Shown piece after piece: positions 26,854 through 37,497 of a stretch of DNA of 64,000 bases. This stretch comes from Leptolyngbyaceae cyanobacterium (GTDB taxonomy: Bacteria; Cyanobacteriota; Cyanobacteriia; Phormidesmidales; Phormidesmidaceae). The stretch covers positions 960,001 to 1,024,000 of the forward strand of contig CBDHHL010000032.1 of NCBI GenBank assembly GCA_965263355.1, given 5' to 3'. The notes below the pieces were generated by a model that saw only the letters and a program-made list of their open reading frames with translations, ran no database searches and had not been told where the DNA came from. Each line of letters opens with the position of its first letter. Positions within the stretch are counted from its first letter, which is position 1. Both the position numbers and the translations under genes were made by a program.

Positions 26854-29409
26854 ATGGTTAACTCCCATTTTGTGACGGCGTCAGCGTTTGACTCTCAAGA
26901 GCTGATTCCGTTGTCTGAGGTGATTGCATCTGAGGTGTCCTCGTCTGAAGTATATGTATGTGTTCATGGGCACTTTTACCAACCGCCCCGAGAGAACCCT
27001 TCCCTAGAAGCCGTGGAGCGACAACCGAGCGCAGCTCCTTTCCATGATTGGAATGAACGGATTCTACGTGAGTCTTACCGCCCTAATGCCTTTGCCAGAA
27101 TCATGGACCACCAGGGCCAGATTCTACAAATTGTCAATAACTATGAGTTTATTAGCTTTAACATTGGCCCCACGTTAATGAGCTGGCTAGCGCGCCACGA
27201 TATTGAAACATACCGACGGATTTTGGCAGCGGACAAACACAGCTGCGATCGCAATAACGGCCACGGTAACGCTATTGCCCAGGTTTATAACCACATCATC
27301 TTGCCCTTGGCCAACGAGCGCGACAAGCTTACCCAGGTACGCTGGGGCATTGCCGATTTCCGCAAGCGTTTTCATCGTGATCCCGAAGGAATGTGGCTAG
27401 CAGAAACTGCCATCGATCAAGATACGTTGCGGGTACTAATCCAGGAGGGGATTAAATTCACCATAGTTGCCCCCTCTCAAGTCCAACGCTGCCGTCAAAT
27501 GGCTGATGGTAACCATGGTGTAGGGGAATGGCATGAGGTTAGCGGTGGCCAAATTGATCCCACCCGCCCCTATCGATGTTTTGTGCCTGGATTACCAGCC
27601 GACAAAAACTATATTGATATTTTTGTGTACGACGGTCCGATTTCAGGCGACATGGGCTTCAGCAATATTCTGCAATCATCCCAGTCCTTCGCTAACCGGA
27701 TCAGCCAAGCAATCCGTGGCGATCGTAAAGAGGCCCAGCTAATTTCAGTGGCTACTGATGGTGAAACCTTTGGACACCACCGTGGTGGAGCAGAACGGGC
27801 CCTAGCCTATGCCCTGCAACATGAATTTATTGATCGGGGCTGGAACGTCGTTAGCTATGCTCACTATCTCAGCCTATTTCCCCCCACTTGGGAGCTAGCA
27901 CTCAAACCAGTCACCGCCTGGAGTTGTGCCCATGGCGTAGAACGCTGGAAAAGTGACTGTGGCTGCGGCGGTGGCGGTGAATGGCATCAGCGGTGGCGCG
28001 CGCCCCTGCGTCAAGCCCTCGACTGGCTGCGGGATGAACTGAGCGAAATTTACGAAATTACCGGGGAAGAGCTGTTTAAGGATGCTTGGGCCGCTCGGGA
28101 TAGTTATATCGACGTCGTGTGCGATCGCACACCCTTAACTATCGAACTCTTTTTAAGCCAACACCAGCATCACGAACTCACCCAGGTGGAACGCACAGAT
28201 GCTCTCTGCCTGCTAGAGATGCAGCGCCATGCCATGCTGATGTATACCAGCTGTGGTTGGTTCTTTGAAGAAATCTCCCGTCCCGAAGGTACCCAGCTCC
28301 TACGCTATGCGGCTCGGGCAATCGAACTTGCCGAAGCGATCTGTGGCGAATCCCTGGAAGCAGACTTTATTCAAAAACTAGCGCTAGCTCCGAGCAATGT
28401 CCCCCAGTTTAAAAATGGAGCCGGTGTTTACCGGGCCAAGGTACAACCTGCTCGTATTAGCCTTGAACAGGTAGTGGCCCATTACGCCATGTCATCGTTG
28501 TTTCACACCTACCATCGTGAGCAACGTCTGTACTGCCACACATTGCTTCATCAAGACTATCAAAAGCAAACCATGGGGGCACTTACCTTGGCCCTGGGGC
28601 AAGTTAATATCGTCTCAGAAATTACTCAGGCCAAGGAAGACTACACCTTTGCGGTGTGCCATTTAGGGGGCCAGGAATTTATCTGTGGCATTCGCCCCTT
28701 CAAAAATAGAACTGCCTATATTCGGGCAAAAGAGGCTGTACTCAAAATATTTGCCCAAGGCAGTATGGTGCAAACCATTGCGGCAATCCAAACTCAGTTT
28801 GGAGAACACACCTTTAATCTGCAGCAACTGTTTAGTGAAGAACGTCAGCACATCATGCAGTTGCTCAGCCAGAATACCCTGGATCAGTTAAACCAGCTAT
28901 ACACTCAAATTTATCGGGAAAATTATGGCGTTCTCATGGCCTTTCATCGTGAACATATGAACGTGCCCCGAGAACTGCAGGTAGCCGCCGAAATTACCCT
29001 TAGCCGTCGTGTGATTGATATTTTACGTCACCTGGAGCAAGACCTAAGCGACGTTGACGAACACATCTTGGCCATTAGCACCGGATATTTGGGTGAACTG
29101 GAAGGCATCGCCATTGAAGCCAACCATTTACACTGTCATCTGACGCTGCCTGATGCAGCACCACTACTAGAAGGCTTAATTCTACAAACCCTACGCCAAA
29201 CGCTTCAAATCGAGCCGGACGCTGCTAACCAAAGCTGCACAATCACCGTCAATCCTATGACTATTCAAGGAATTCAACGATTAATTAACCTGGGAATTAA
29301 TCTGGGACTCAAGCTCAATCTAGAACGTTCTCAAGAAGTCTACTATCACTACACCCAACATTGTCCCGCGATTTCTAGCCTGGGCCAGGCACTTGGGCTC
29401 AAGGAATAA
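26854..29409 (+). CDS. Glycoside hydrolase family 57 / DUF3536 protein
   Basis: HGHFYQPPRENP, GMWLAET, ATDGETFGHH, WSCAHGVERW, MYTSCGWFFEE. Confidence 0.92.
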   Translation: MVNSHFVTASAFDSQELIPLSEVIASEVSSSEVYVCVHGHFYQPPRENPSLEAVERQPSAAPFHDWNERILRESYRPNAFARIMDHQGQILQIVNNYEFISFNIGPTLMSWLARHDIETYRRILAADKHSCDRNNGHGNAIAQVYNHIILPLANERDKLTQVRWGIADFRKRFHRDPEGMWLAETAIDQDTLRVLIQEGIKFTIVAPSQVQRCRQMADGNHGVGEWHEVSGGQIDPTRPYRCFVPGLPADKNYIDIFVYDGPISGDMGFSNILQSSQSFANRISQAIRGDRKEAQLISVATDGETFGHHRGGAERALAYALQHEFIDRGWNVVSYAHYLSLFPPTWELALKPVTAWSCAHGVERWKSDCGCGGGGEWHQRWRAPLRQALDWLRDELSEIYEITGEELFKDAWAARDSYIDVVCDRTPLTIELFLSQHQHHELTQVERTDALCLLEMQRHAMLMYTSCGWFFEEISRPEGTQLLRYAARAIELAEAICGESLEADFIQKLALAPSNVPQFKNGAGVYRAKVQPARISLEQVVAHYAMSSLFHTYHREQRLYCHTLLHQDYQKQTMGALTLALGQVNIVSEITQAKEDYTFAVCHLGGQEFICGIRPFKNRTAYIRAKEAVLKIFAQGSMVQTIAAIQTQFGEHTFNLQQLFSEERQHIMQLLSQNTLDQLNQLYTQIYRENYGVLMAFHREHMNVPRELQVAAEITLSRRVIDILRHLEQDLSDVDEHILAISTGYLGELEGIAIEANHLHCHLTLPDAAPLLEGLILQTLRQTLQIEPDAANQSCTITVNPMTIQGIQRLINLGINLGLKLNLERSQEVYYHYTQHCPAISSLGQALGLKE

Positions 29410-29433
29410 TCACCTAATTCCCCCCTGAGTAAC

Positions 29434-30045
29434 TTATCGCTGGTACAGAATACGAGCATCAAACCCTAAACGGCGAGCAGCTCGCACGCGCCTCAGGGCA
29501 TCTGAACGCCGATCAAAACGGCCAATATTGATAAACTCTCCTTGACGGGCACGATCAACCATCGCATTACCGAATGAACGTCTGACATCCACCAGATCGT
29601 CGCTTGACTCAATTACAGCAGCAACATAAGGGAAATCATCCTCTAAGTCATTGGCCACATCAATGGCAACCACCCGATCCCCTGTATTCACCGCTGTATT
29701 TACATTGATTCCCAACACATCCAGGGTTTGTGGGCCAGCGATGCCTGTAACTGGCAAATCGTACCACTGCTGAAACTGCGCTACGGCTGCCTGGGTCATG
29801 GGTCCATAGGCACCATCTATGGGGCCTGGATCAAGACCATTGCGATCAAGCGCCTGTTGTAAAGCTGCCACATCACTACCGGAATCACCAAGTCCTAGGG
29901 AAGGGCGAACAACTGAACGGGGAATACTACTAGGACTCGGTGGAGGGGGGACTGACGGTGGGGATAAGCGCTCCTGAGCTTTGCTAGGTAACCCAAGCAA
30001 GAGACAAATGCCGCCGACAACGGCAGCCGTTAGCAATTTAGACAT
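29434..30045 (-). CDS. Exported peptidoglycan-binding domain protein
   Basis: Signal peptide, LGDSGSDVAALQQAL..IDGAYGPMTQAAVAQFQ..L.VTGIAGPQT; SPOR-like C-terminus. Confidence 0.88.
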   Translation of the reverse strand: MSKLLTAAVVGGICLLLGLPSKAQERLSPPSVPPPPSPSSIPRSVVRPSLGLGDSGSDVAALQQALDRNGLDPGPIDGAYGPMTQAAVAQFQQWYDLPVTGIAGPQTLDVLGINVNTAVNTGDRVVAIDVANDLEDDFPYVAAVIESSDDLVDVRRSFGNAMVDRARQGEFINIGRFDRRSDALRRVRAARRLGFDARILYQR

Positions 30046-30243
30046 GGAAATATTTCCTGAGACAACGCCGACAGATTCTAACTCAGCAAACGACGTTAGC
30101 TTAGCTAGAGCATACTCACTCAGCTAGATACCGCTCCGGCTGAGCTTGATGGCGTATATAGTAACGGATGATTGACAAAACTGTACTTGTTATTGTTGCA
30201 ATTGCTCACATTTCATCCCGAAGGCCCCTAATGTCGAATGATC

Positions 30244-31191
30244 TTAATCCCGAATGATCCGCGCTTCGTAGCCAAGCCTGTTAGCAAAATCAACCCAGTC
30301 ATCGGCATCATCAGGATCGACAAAGCGGCCAATACTAATATATTCCCCTAAATTATTTCGCTCTGGCGTAGCATCGGGAAAATCTTGGCGAACATCATTC
30401 AATTCAGAATGAGTTGTAATAATAGCAGCGACGTAGCGTCCATGAATCGACCGACTGCTCCCAGACCCTCCCCCGCCATTCCGGGAAGCCCTAGTCCGTC
30501 TGCTATCCCCTATGTCACGTCTGCTGGCATTACGACCATCGGGGGTAAAACCCATATCTATCAATGTATCCCGATCAGCAATGCCATCAACTGGAAGGCC
30601 CGCACTCCGTTCATAGGTCCTTACCGCCTGTTCTGTTTGTGCCCCGTAAATGCCATCGATATCTAGATCAAACTCAAATGTTCTCAATACCTGCTGCAAC
30701 GTCTGTACATCTTCTACACTCGAACTAGGAGTAATACGATCTTCACTGACAAATCCATAATCAGGATGGTATAAACCTACTGCTAATTGCTCTAAATCAA
30801 CGCCTAGCAAGTCTAAGGTTTCAGCATCAGCATCCCCCGTCACAGTAAGCCCTCGAATACTCTGAAACTGACGCACTGCACGAGTCGTTTGTGCACCGTA
30901 AACACCATCGATAGTCTCAGGAAACAGGCCATTGCTGTTCAACTTTTGCTGCAGCTCCCTCACTGCCGGTCCCCGATCCCCTTCTCTGAGGAAATTTTGA
31001 TTTTGAGTGATTAGAACAGCGTCGTGTAATCGACTATTTGGCATCTGGGCCATAACCGGTACACAACTCAACAACCAAACGCCCAGTAATAGTTTGACAC
31101 TGAGCTGAGCTGTAGAACGAGGGGAAGTAACGAAGCCCGAAATGCTCATGTGCTGTTGTCCTAATATGATCGTTTCTAACAAATACAACAT
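30244..31191 (-). CDS. Exported protein with two peptidoglycan-binding domains
   Basis: Two PG_binding_1 repeats (DGVYGAQT..FQ; DGIYGAQT..YE); C-terminus paralogous to the neighbouring gene; start uncertain. Confidence 0.88.
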   Translation of the reverse strand: MLYLLETIILGQQHMSISGFVTSPRSTAQLSVKLLLGVWLLSCVPVMAQMPNSRLHDAVLITQNQNFLREGDRGPAVRELQQKLNSNGLFPETIDGVYGAQTTRAVRQFQSIRGLTVTGDADAETLDLLGVDLEQLAVGLYHPDYGFVSEDRITPSSSVEDVQTLQQVLRTFEFDLDIDGIYGAQTEQAVRTYERSAGLPVDGIADRDTLIDMGFTPDGRNASRRDIGDSRRTRASRNGGGGSGSSRSIHGRYVAAIITTHSELNDVRQDFPDATPERNNLGEYISIGRFVDPDDADDWVDFANRLGYEARIIRD

Positions 31192-31629
31192 TTTGGCTAG
31201 GTGGAATTACGGCCAAATTTGCGCTGGTGTGCCCAATATACTTATTAAATCACCTGTCTAAGGAATATCGACTTTCACCAACTGCAGTCGGCATAATGAC
31301 GTAAATAAAACCGATATTCAGCATTTAATCGTTGCGATGCATACATTCCGGTAGGGTCGATCTAAACGAGCTATACCCTTACGTGCTCTGAGCAAACAGT
31401 CGATTTTAGCTACAATAATCTAAACTAAATCTAAAAGTTTGTAACATATTCCGGATTAGCCTAACCTTGTTTAATTTAAGCGCTTGAACCTAAGCTTTCA
31501 GTTCCCTTAAGCAGCTCCTTCCCATCTGTGACATGTGACTACGCTGTCCCATGACATAGGCTTCTCGTATCTGGCCATCGTTAGTCAATTATTTCCCAAA
31601 GCTGACTCCGCACTCTCCCATTAAGCCAT

Positions 31630-32577
31630 ATGTTAAGACCTAAGCTTCGTCATGCCTCAAGACGATTTCTGTTGTACCGAGAGCAGCGTTATCCCGATAT
31701 CAAACGGATTGGTATTACTCACTCCTACTGGGGAGACTTATATCATATTTTACTAACCATTGCCTGGCCTGCATTTATTATGCTGGTCAGTGGCTGTTAT
31801 CTACTGGTGAATGCTCTGTTCGCCATTGCTTATAGTTTAGATGCGGATGCGATCGCAAATAGACAGCACGGGCACTTCCTAGACCTATTTTTCTTTAGCG
31901 TCCAAACCATGGCCTCTATTGGCTATGGAGCCATGTACCCCACCAGTACTTACGCCCATACCCTAGTCGTCATTGAGGCAATTTTTGGGCTGTTCTTTGT
32001 CGCTGTGACAACGGGCTTAGTATTTGCCCGATTTTCCCTTCCCACTGCCCGTATTCTTTACAGTCGTGTCGCCGTTATTGCTCCATTTAACGGTGTGCCC
32101 ACTCTTATGTTTCGCACCGCTAACGAGCGTCGTAATTATATTTTGGAAGCCCAATTGTGGGTTACCCTGGTGCGCGATGAGGTAACCGAGGAAGGCGAGC
32201 ATATTCGTCGCTTCCACGATCTTTCCTTGGTGCGCTCCCATACCCCCGTCTTTAGCCTTTCCTGGACAGCCATGCATCGGCTCACGAGCGATAGTCCATT
32301 TTACGGGGAAACTCCGGAAACACTGCGCCAAAATCGAGCTGAGATTATTGTCACCCTAACCGGATTAGACGAAACGTTATCCCAAACAATCCATGCACGT
32401 CATTCCTTTAGTGCCTACGACATTTACTGGAACCATAAGTTTGTAGATATTATTTCGACCAATGATGACGGCCGTTCTCTGGTTGACTATAATCACTTTC
32501 ATTCCGTTGAACCGTTAGAGCAAAAAACGGCCCATCGCCATGCAAAAGAGCAACTCATCAGTTGGAGTTCCCACTAA
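31630..32577 (+). CDS. Inward-rectifier potassium channel (KirBac)
   Basis: FFFSVQTMASIGYG pore, FARFSLP, PTLMFR, SWTAMH..SP. Confidence 0.93.
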   Translation: MLRPKLRHASRRFLLYREQRYPDIKRIGITHSYWGDLYHILLTIAWPAFIMLVSGCYLLVNALFAIAYSLDADAIANRQHGHFLDLFFFSVQTMASIGYGAMYPTSTYAHTLVVIEAIFGLFFVAVTTGLVFARFSLPTARILYSRVAVIAPFNGVPTLMFRTANERRNYILEAQLWVTLVRDEVTEEGEHIRRFHDLSLVRSHTPVFSLSWTAMHRLTSDSPFYGETPETLRQNRAEIIVTLTGLDETLSQTIHARHSFSAYDIYWNHKFVDIISTNDDGRSLVDYNHFHSVEPLEQKTAHRHAKEQLISWSSH

Positions 32578-32625
32578 AGATGACTGATACTAAATTGATT
32601 AATCTCGATTAAAATGCATCAGTTC

Positions 32626-32651
32626 GTAGGGACAATCCCTTGTGGTTGCTC
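32626..32651 (+). repeat. Degenerate GTAG-type REP-like element
   Basis: GTAGGGACAATCCCTTGTGGTTGCTC, imperfect palindrome, intergenic. Confidence 0.4.
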
Positions 32652-32699
32652 TGCTGCAATATCGGACGCAGGCAGCCAGGATTTCGTATGAGATAAATA

Positions 32700-32727
32700 G
32701 AAAGGCCGCTCCTAGGAGCAGCCTTTC
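32700..32727. terminator. Hairpin between convergent genes
   Basis: GAAAGGCCGCTCCTAGGAGCAGCCTTTC. Confidence 0.65.
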
Positions 32728-32778
32728 TACAAAACCTATTTCTCGAGCAGATGTGAACCGTAAACTGAAAGAGTGAAA

Positions 32779-33859
32779 TTACACTAGCAGAGTAAATAGC
32801 TTTACCATTAGCTTAGTTCGATTAATGGGTTTACCGATATAGCAAGAAGCACCACACATTTTGGCCCGAATACGACCAAATATATTAGGTTTCTTGGTTA
32901 ACAAGATAATAGGAACATCCTTATACTGCGGATGGCGACGCAGATGAGAGCATAAGTCAAAGCCATTCAAACCATCCATAGTTGTCGTCAGCATAATTAA
33001 ATCAGGCTGGCACTTAGCCAAATCCGCCACCGCTGTAGCAACATCATCAACTGGCGTAATCGCAAAGACTGTGTCCTCTAGATACCCCCGAAGCTCTTTA
33101 AGACACTGCTCATCAGAATCAATGCATACAAGCTGATATGACGGCGAAGCGCTCGCTTTATTAGCTAACGTTGACGTAAATGTATCAGGACTTAAAACCT
33201 TTAGAGATGAATCAAGCGTGTCAGGAGCCGCCTGCTTTAGCAGTGACTGAATATCACTGCCTGGCATAGGAATCGGCTCAACAACATGACTGCTTTGAGA
33301 CAATTTTATTTCGCTGATAGGCGTAGTGTCACGCTTTGACGCTAGGGATTCAGCTTCCTGATGACATTGCTCCACCAATGTCCGGATATCTAAGGTGCAA
33401 AAAGTGGGATAGTCAACGATATTACTAAAACTATTGACCTCATAACTACCTCGGGTAACCCTTAGCAAAGATGCAATGGTAGTCACTGCCAAAGCACGGA
33501 TAAACTGACCTGCCTGGTCAAATGAGATGTGCTCCTGCTCTACAAGCCAACGAATAGCCCGATAGTCAGCAGTCAAATCGTTACCTTGATGGGTGTACTG
33601 CCGATGGTAAAGCTGCAGTTGAGCAAGCACCAGATCAGAGATTGCCTCAGGAAACAGCTGACGACCTTCAAACCTCAAAGCATCGAATCCATTTTGAGAA
33701 CTCGTTGCAAATAAAAGCTTGCCCCGCTGTAACCACAGAGACCACCGAACATCATTGGAAACTACCAAGAGTTCACCACTGACTTGACGCCCTACAAGCT
33801 GCGCCAACAACGTGAGCGGATGTAATGTTTTTTGAGTAATAGTACCTGCTAAAACCATG
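32779..33859 (-). CDS. PatA-family response regulator (PATAN/DUF4388 plus degenerate receiver)
   Basis: N-terminal SGELLV..W.LWLQRGKLLFAT, C-terminal REC fold (PDLIML..GLNGFDLC..PIILLT..GASCYIGKP); start 33859 or 33876. Confidence 0.8.
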
Positions 33860-34823
33860 GGAGAAGTTCCGGCCAAAGAACGGTATTCGAAGTGGTAAAA
33901 ATCAGATAGAGCAGTGATGGATAACAGAGTAGAAGAAACTTTATCGATATCGATACATAAACCACGTCCAAGTTGAAACCCGTAGATTCCTTACCAGGAA
34001 AACTCCAGTTCTAGACATAGTCAAGATTTATATGAAATATCGAGGTTATTTTCTCTCCCATATACAACCATCTAAGCAACTATAACGAGCTAATTACTTC
34101 GTACCATCTTGATACAAATGAAGCAATCAACAATTGAGTAGACACACCTAAATCAAAACTAAATTCAAGTTACTCAAGAAATGAAAAATGAAAACTGTGT
34201 TTCCCCAGAAACTCCTTCAACTTGAACTCAACAGCAAATGAAGAACTCAGACTTGAACCATCCAATTGCTTGGTTATATTGACTAATTTCAATCAACTAA
34301 TTTGAAAATGCAAGTATTTCCATAGAAACTGGTCGAAAATTTATATGCTTAACGTTATTGGTTTATATAGTGAAATTTAAAGATTTGATATTCTATTAAC
34401 ATTCTAATTGATTCACCGCCCGGGTACGCAACTTGCAGTGATTACAGCAATGTTAAACACAGAGCTAATCTAGTCGGCAACGGCTCAGTGAGATTGCCCA
34501 AACAGTTGAACATTTCCCAATCGTCCTGGTAAATATCATCAATTTATGTTCACATGTGCATCAGCATATGACTTATATTTACCCCAATCTCCCTCTCTTA
34601 CCCCCATCCTTTTACTGCATATTTATCAGCAAAAGTGCTGATAAATGACCTTTTTCAAATAAACATAATTCTCAACCATTAAACGATGCCTGAATGTTCT
34701 ATGAGTTTTAGCAAAAAGTATTGATATTTTTTTGACGCAACACGATTCGTTTGCTCTAACGAGGGCTCACTTCACGTAAATTCATTCCGTAATATAGGAC
34801 ATTCTGAAGACACGTTAGACAGG

Positions 34824-37046
34824 TCAACAGGTCCTTATGTCTCGAAATTGCTTCATTAAGGATTCGTGGGTACTCCTTTCAGGCTCATTGGGCTTAGGCT
34901 GACGCTGTACATAGGTACCATCTGCCTGCATTTCCCAAGCCTGACGATTATCAACAAGACAAATGTCCAAAAGATTTGTCAGCTCTCGACGTAAATGGGG
35001 AGCCAAAACTGGTGTGACCGCTTCAACTCGACGATCTAAATTACGGGGCATCCAGTCGGCACTACCAATATAAAACTGCTCATTGCCACCATTTTGAAAG
35101 TAAAAAATACGAGAATGTTCTAAAAACCGACCAATAATACTGATCACGCGAATATTGTCGCTGACACCCTCAATCCCAGGTGTCAGGCAACAAATACCCC
35201 GTACAATCAAATTAATTTCCACCCCTGCCTGGGATGCGCGATACAGCGCCTGAATAATGCCAGGATCCACTAGAGAATTCATCTTGGCAATAATGCGACC
35301 ATTAGCGCCATGGGTAGTCTCCTGATAAATTAACGCCATCATCCGCTCCCGCAGGGTAATGGGAGCAATCAGTAACTGACGATAAGCTTTTTGTCGCGAG
35401 TATCCAGTTAAATAGTTAAACAGATCGGTTAAATCTGCCCCCAGTTCTTCACTACAGCTAAGTAACCCTAAGTCAGTGTAGATACGAGCAGTTTTAGGAT
35501 TATAGTTACCAGTACCAATATGCACATAGCGACGAATGCCATCATGCTCCTTACGTACCACCAAGGAAATTTTGGTATGAGTCTTCAAACCAATCAGACC
35601 ATAGACCACATGTACCCCTGCTTTTTCAAGGGTTCGGGCCCAGTTAATGTTGTTTTCTTCATCAAACCGAGCCTTTAGTTCCACTAAGGCCACCACTTGT
35701 TTCCCATTTTCAGCAGCTGAAATCAACGCATTAATAATAGGAGAATCTCCAGATGTGCGATAAAGCGTCATCTTAATAGTTAGTACATCAGGATCAGCAG
35801 CGGCCTGGGTAATAAACTGTTGCACAGTTGCTGCAAATGAAACATAGGGATGATGGACAAGACGATCGCATCGACGAATAATTGAGAAAACATCATCCCC
35901 TTCACCTTCAGCATCATCTCGATTAATCCGATGCCATGGAGAGGGCGTAACAGCCGACCAATCAGGATCCTTATGCTCTGGTAGAGGTAAGCCAACCAGA
36001 TTCATCAAATCCCCAAGACCAATTAGCTCGGTGACGTCATAAATATCATCTTCAGTCAAATCCATCTCTGTCAGAAGAGTATTACGGACCTGATGAGAGG
36101 TATTAGCTTGTAACTCTATACGCACTAAAGAACCGCCCAAACGGCGCTTACGCAGCTCTTGCTCAAGCGCCAACATTAAATCGTCAGCATCATCTTCTTC
36201 AACAAATAAATCGGCATTTCGAGTAATGCGAAAGGTATAGTACTCTTCAACTACCATGCCAGGAAAGAGAAAGGTAAGATTCTTACCAATCACTTGCTCT
36301 AGAGGGACAGCGGTCCACAGAGCACCTTCAGGTTGTAGCGATTTGGGTAATTGAATAAACCGAGGCAATACCTTAGGAACTTTAATCCGGGCAAAGTGAG
36401 TTTCTTCAGACTCTGCTTCACGAACAACAACAGCCAGATTCAAACTGAGGTTCGAAATGTAGGGAAAGGGATGCCCAGGATCGACAGCCAGTGGTGTCAG
36501 AACAGGAAAGATCTGCTCCTCAAAATATGCTTGTAAATAGGTAACTTGCTTACTGCTTAGAGCATCGTAATCAAACAGATGGATACCACAGTCATTGAGC
36601 TGGGCTCTGATTTGCATGAAACAAGCTTGTTGGCTCGCAAATGCTGGCCTTAGCTTACGACCAATGGCTTGTAAATGTTCGATAGGAGTACGACCATCAG
36701 CAGTACGGCGATTAACTTGAGCCTCAATTTGTCGTTTAATCCCTGCCACACGCACCATGAAAAACTCATCCAAGTTATGACTAAAAATAGCTAAAAACTT
36801 TAGCCGTTCTAACATGGGTGTGCGTGGGTCTAGAGCCTCATGCAATACTCGCTCGTTAAATGACAACCAGCTTAATTCTCGACTGATGTAATATTGTGAC
36901 GAACTCAAATCAATATTAGATGACACTGCGGATTGCTGAGCTGCGACTGTATTTGAAGAGGCTTTACCAGACATTTGCTTATCTGTATCTGTAGTAAAAC
37001 CTGACGTTTTTTTGGCAGCCATGCCCTTAGCGTTTTTATCTAACAT
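34824..37046 (-). CDS. ppk1: Polyphosphate kinase 1
   Basis: RELSWLSFNERV, NLDEFFMVRVAG, HHPY.SF, KMTLYRT, ELKARFDEENN, GRFLEHSR, GSADWMPRNLDRRVE. Confidence 0.97.
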   Translation of the reverse strand: MLDKNAKGMAAKKTSGFTTDTDKQMSGKASSNTVAAQQSAVSSNIDLSSSQYYISRELSWLSFNERVLHEALDPRTPMLERLKFLAIFSHNLDEFFMVRVAGIKRQIEAQVNRRTADGRTPIEHLQAIGRKLRPAFASQQACFMQIRAQLNDCGIHLFDYDALSSKQVTYLQAYFEEQIFPVLTPLAVDPGHPFPYISNLSLNLAVVVREAESEETHFARIKVPKVLPRFIQLPKSLQPEGALWTAVPLEQVIGKNLTFLFPGMVVEEYYTFRITRNADLFVEEDDADDLMLALEQELRKRRLGGSLVRIELQANTSHQVRNTLLTEMDLTEDDIYDVTELIGLGDLMNLVGLPLPEHKDPDWSAVTPSPWHRINRDDAEGEGDDVFSIIRRCDRLVHHPYVSFAATVQQFITQAAADPDVLTIKMTLYRTSGDSPIINALISAAENGKQVVALVELKARFDEENNINWARTLEKAGVHVVYGLIGLKTHTKISLVVRKEHDGIRRYVHIGTGNYNPKTARIYTDLGLLSCSEELGADLTDLFNYLTGYSRQKAYRQLLIAPITLRERMMALIYQETTHGANGRIIAKMNSLVDPGIIQALYRASQAGVEINLIVRGICCLTPGIEGVSDNIRVISIIGRFLEHSRIFYFQNGGNEQFYIGSADWMPRNLDRRVEAVTPVLAPHLRRELTNLLDICLVDNRQAWEMQADGTYVQRQPKPNEPERSTHESLMKQFRDIRTC

Positions 37047-37076
37047 TTTTGTTGATACTCCCTGTAACTGGTCTTT

Positions 37077-37283
37077 TTAGAAAACATCGCTTTCACGACC
37101 AACCCACCACTCACCCAGCTTCATTAGATCGTCATGGATATCTGCCACCTGCTGAGCGTAATCATCCGCTGATAGCTCGTGACGACGCTCTTGAAGCTTT
37201 TTTAGCCGTAGCTGGATGAGTAGCCACGGCTTACTAATGCCGTCAGTAGCCTCAATATACTTTGCTAGCTCATTGCTGTTCAT
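37077..37283 (-). CDS. Small hypothetical protein, likely conserved in cyanobacteria
   Basis: 68 aa, AAGGTG RBS, co-oriented immediately upstream of ppk1. Confidence 0.75.
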   Translation of the reverse strand: MNSNELAKYIEATDGISKPWLLIQLRLKKLQERRHELSADDYAQQVADIHDDLMKLGEWWVGRESDVF

Positions 37284-37399
37284 TGCTCTATCACCTTCAA
37301 AAATAGTCAGGAATCACGCCCTCAAGACGTGTATTTTTTAATACCTACTTTACTTTACTCAAAAAATAAATATCGTGATGGCATGTTGTACTAATCAGT

Positions 37400-37443
37400 A
37401 AACCCGCAGAAGGGAAACTACATCAGCCTCTCTCTGCGGGTTT
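37400..37443 (-). terminator. Intrinsic terminator-like hairpin
   Basis: AAACCCGCAGA...TCTGCGGGTTT. Confidence 0.6.
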
Positions 37444-37497
37444 ATGGTTAGTAAGGACTTGAAATTCGCTAGAACCCAATGGTCCCAGAACGGCTAA

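Noticed and set aside
31460..31495. Possible Pho box upstream of KirBac
   Set aside because: TTAACC-like half-sites are degenerate and not at regular 11-bp spacing
31900..31935. SIGYG instead of TIGYG in the KirBac filter
   Set aside because: Conservative change with GYG intact; not enough to claim altered selectivity
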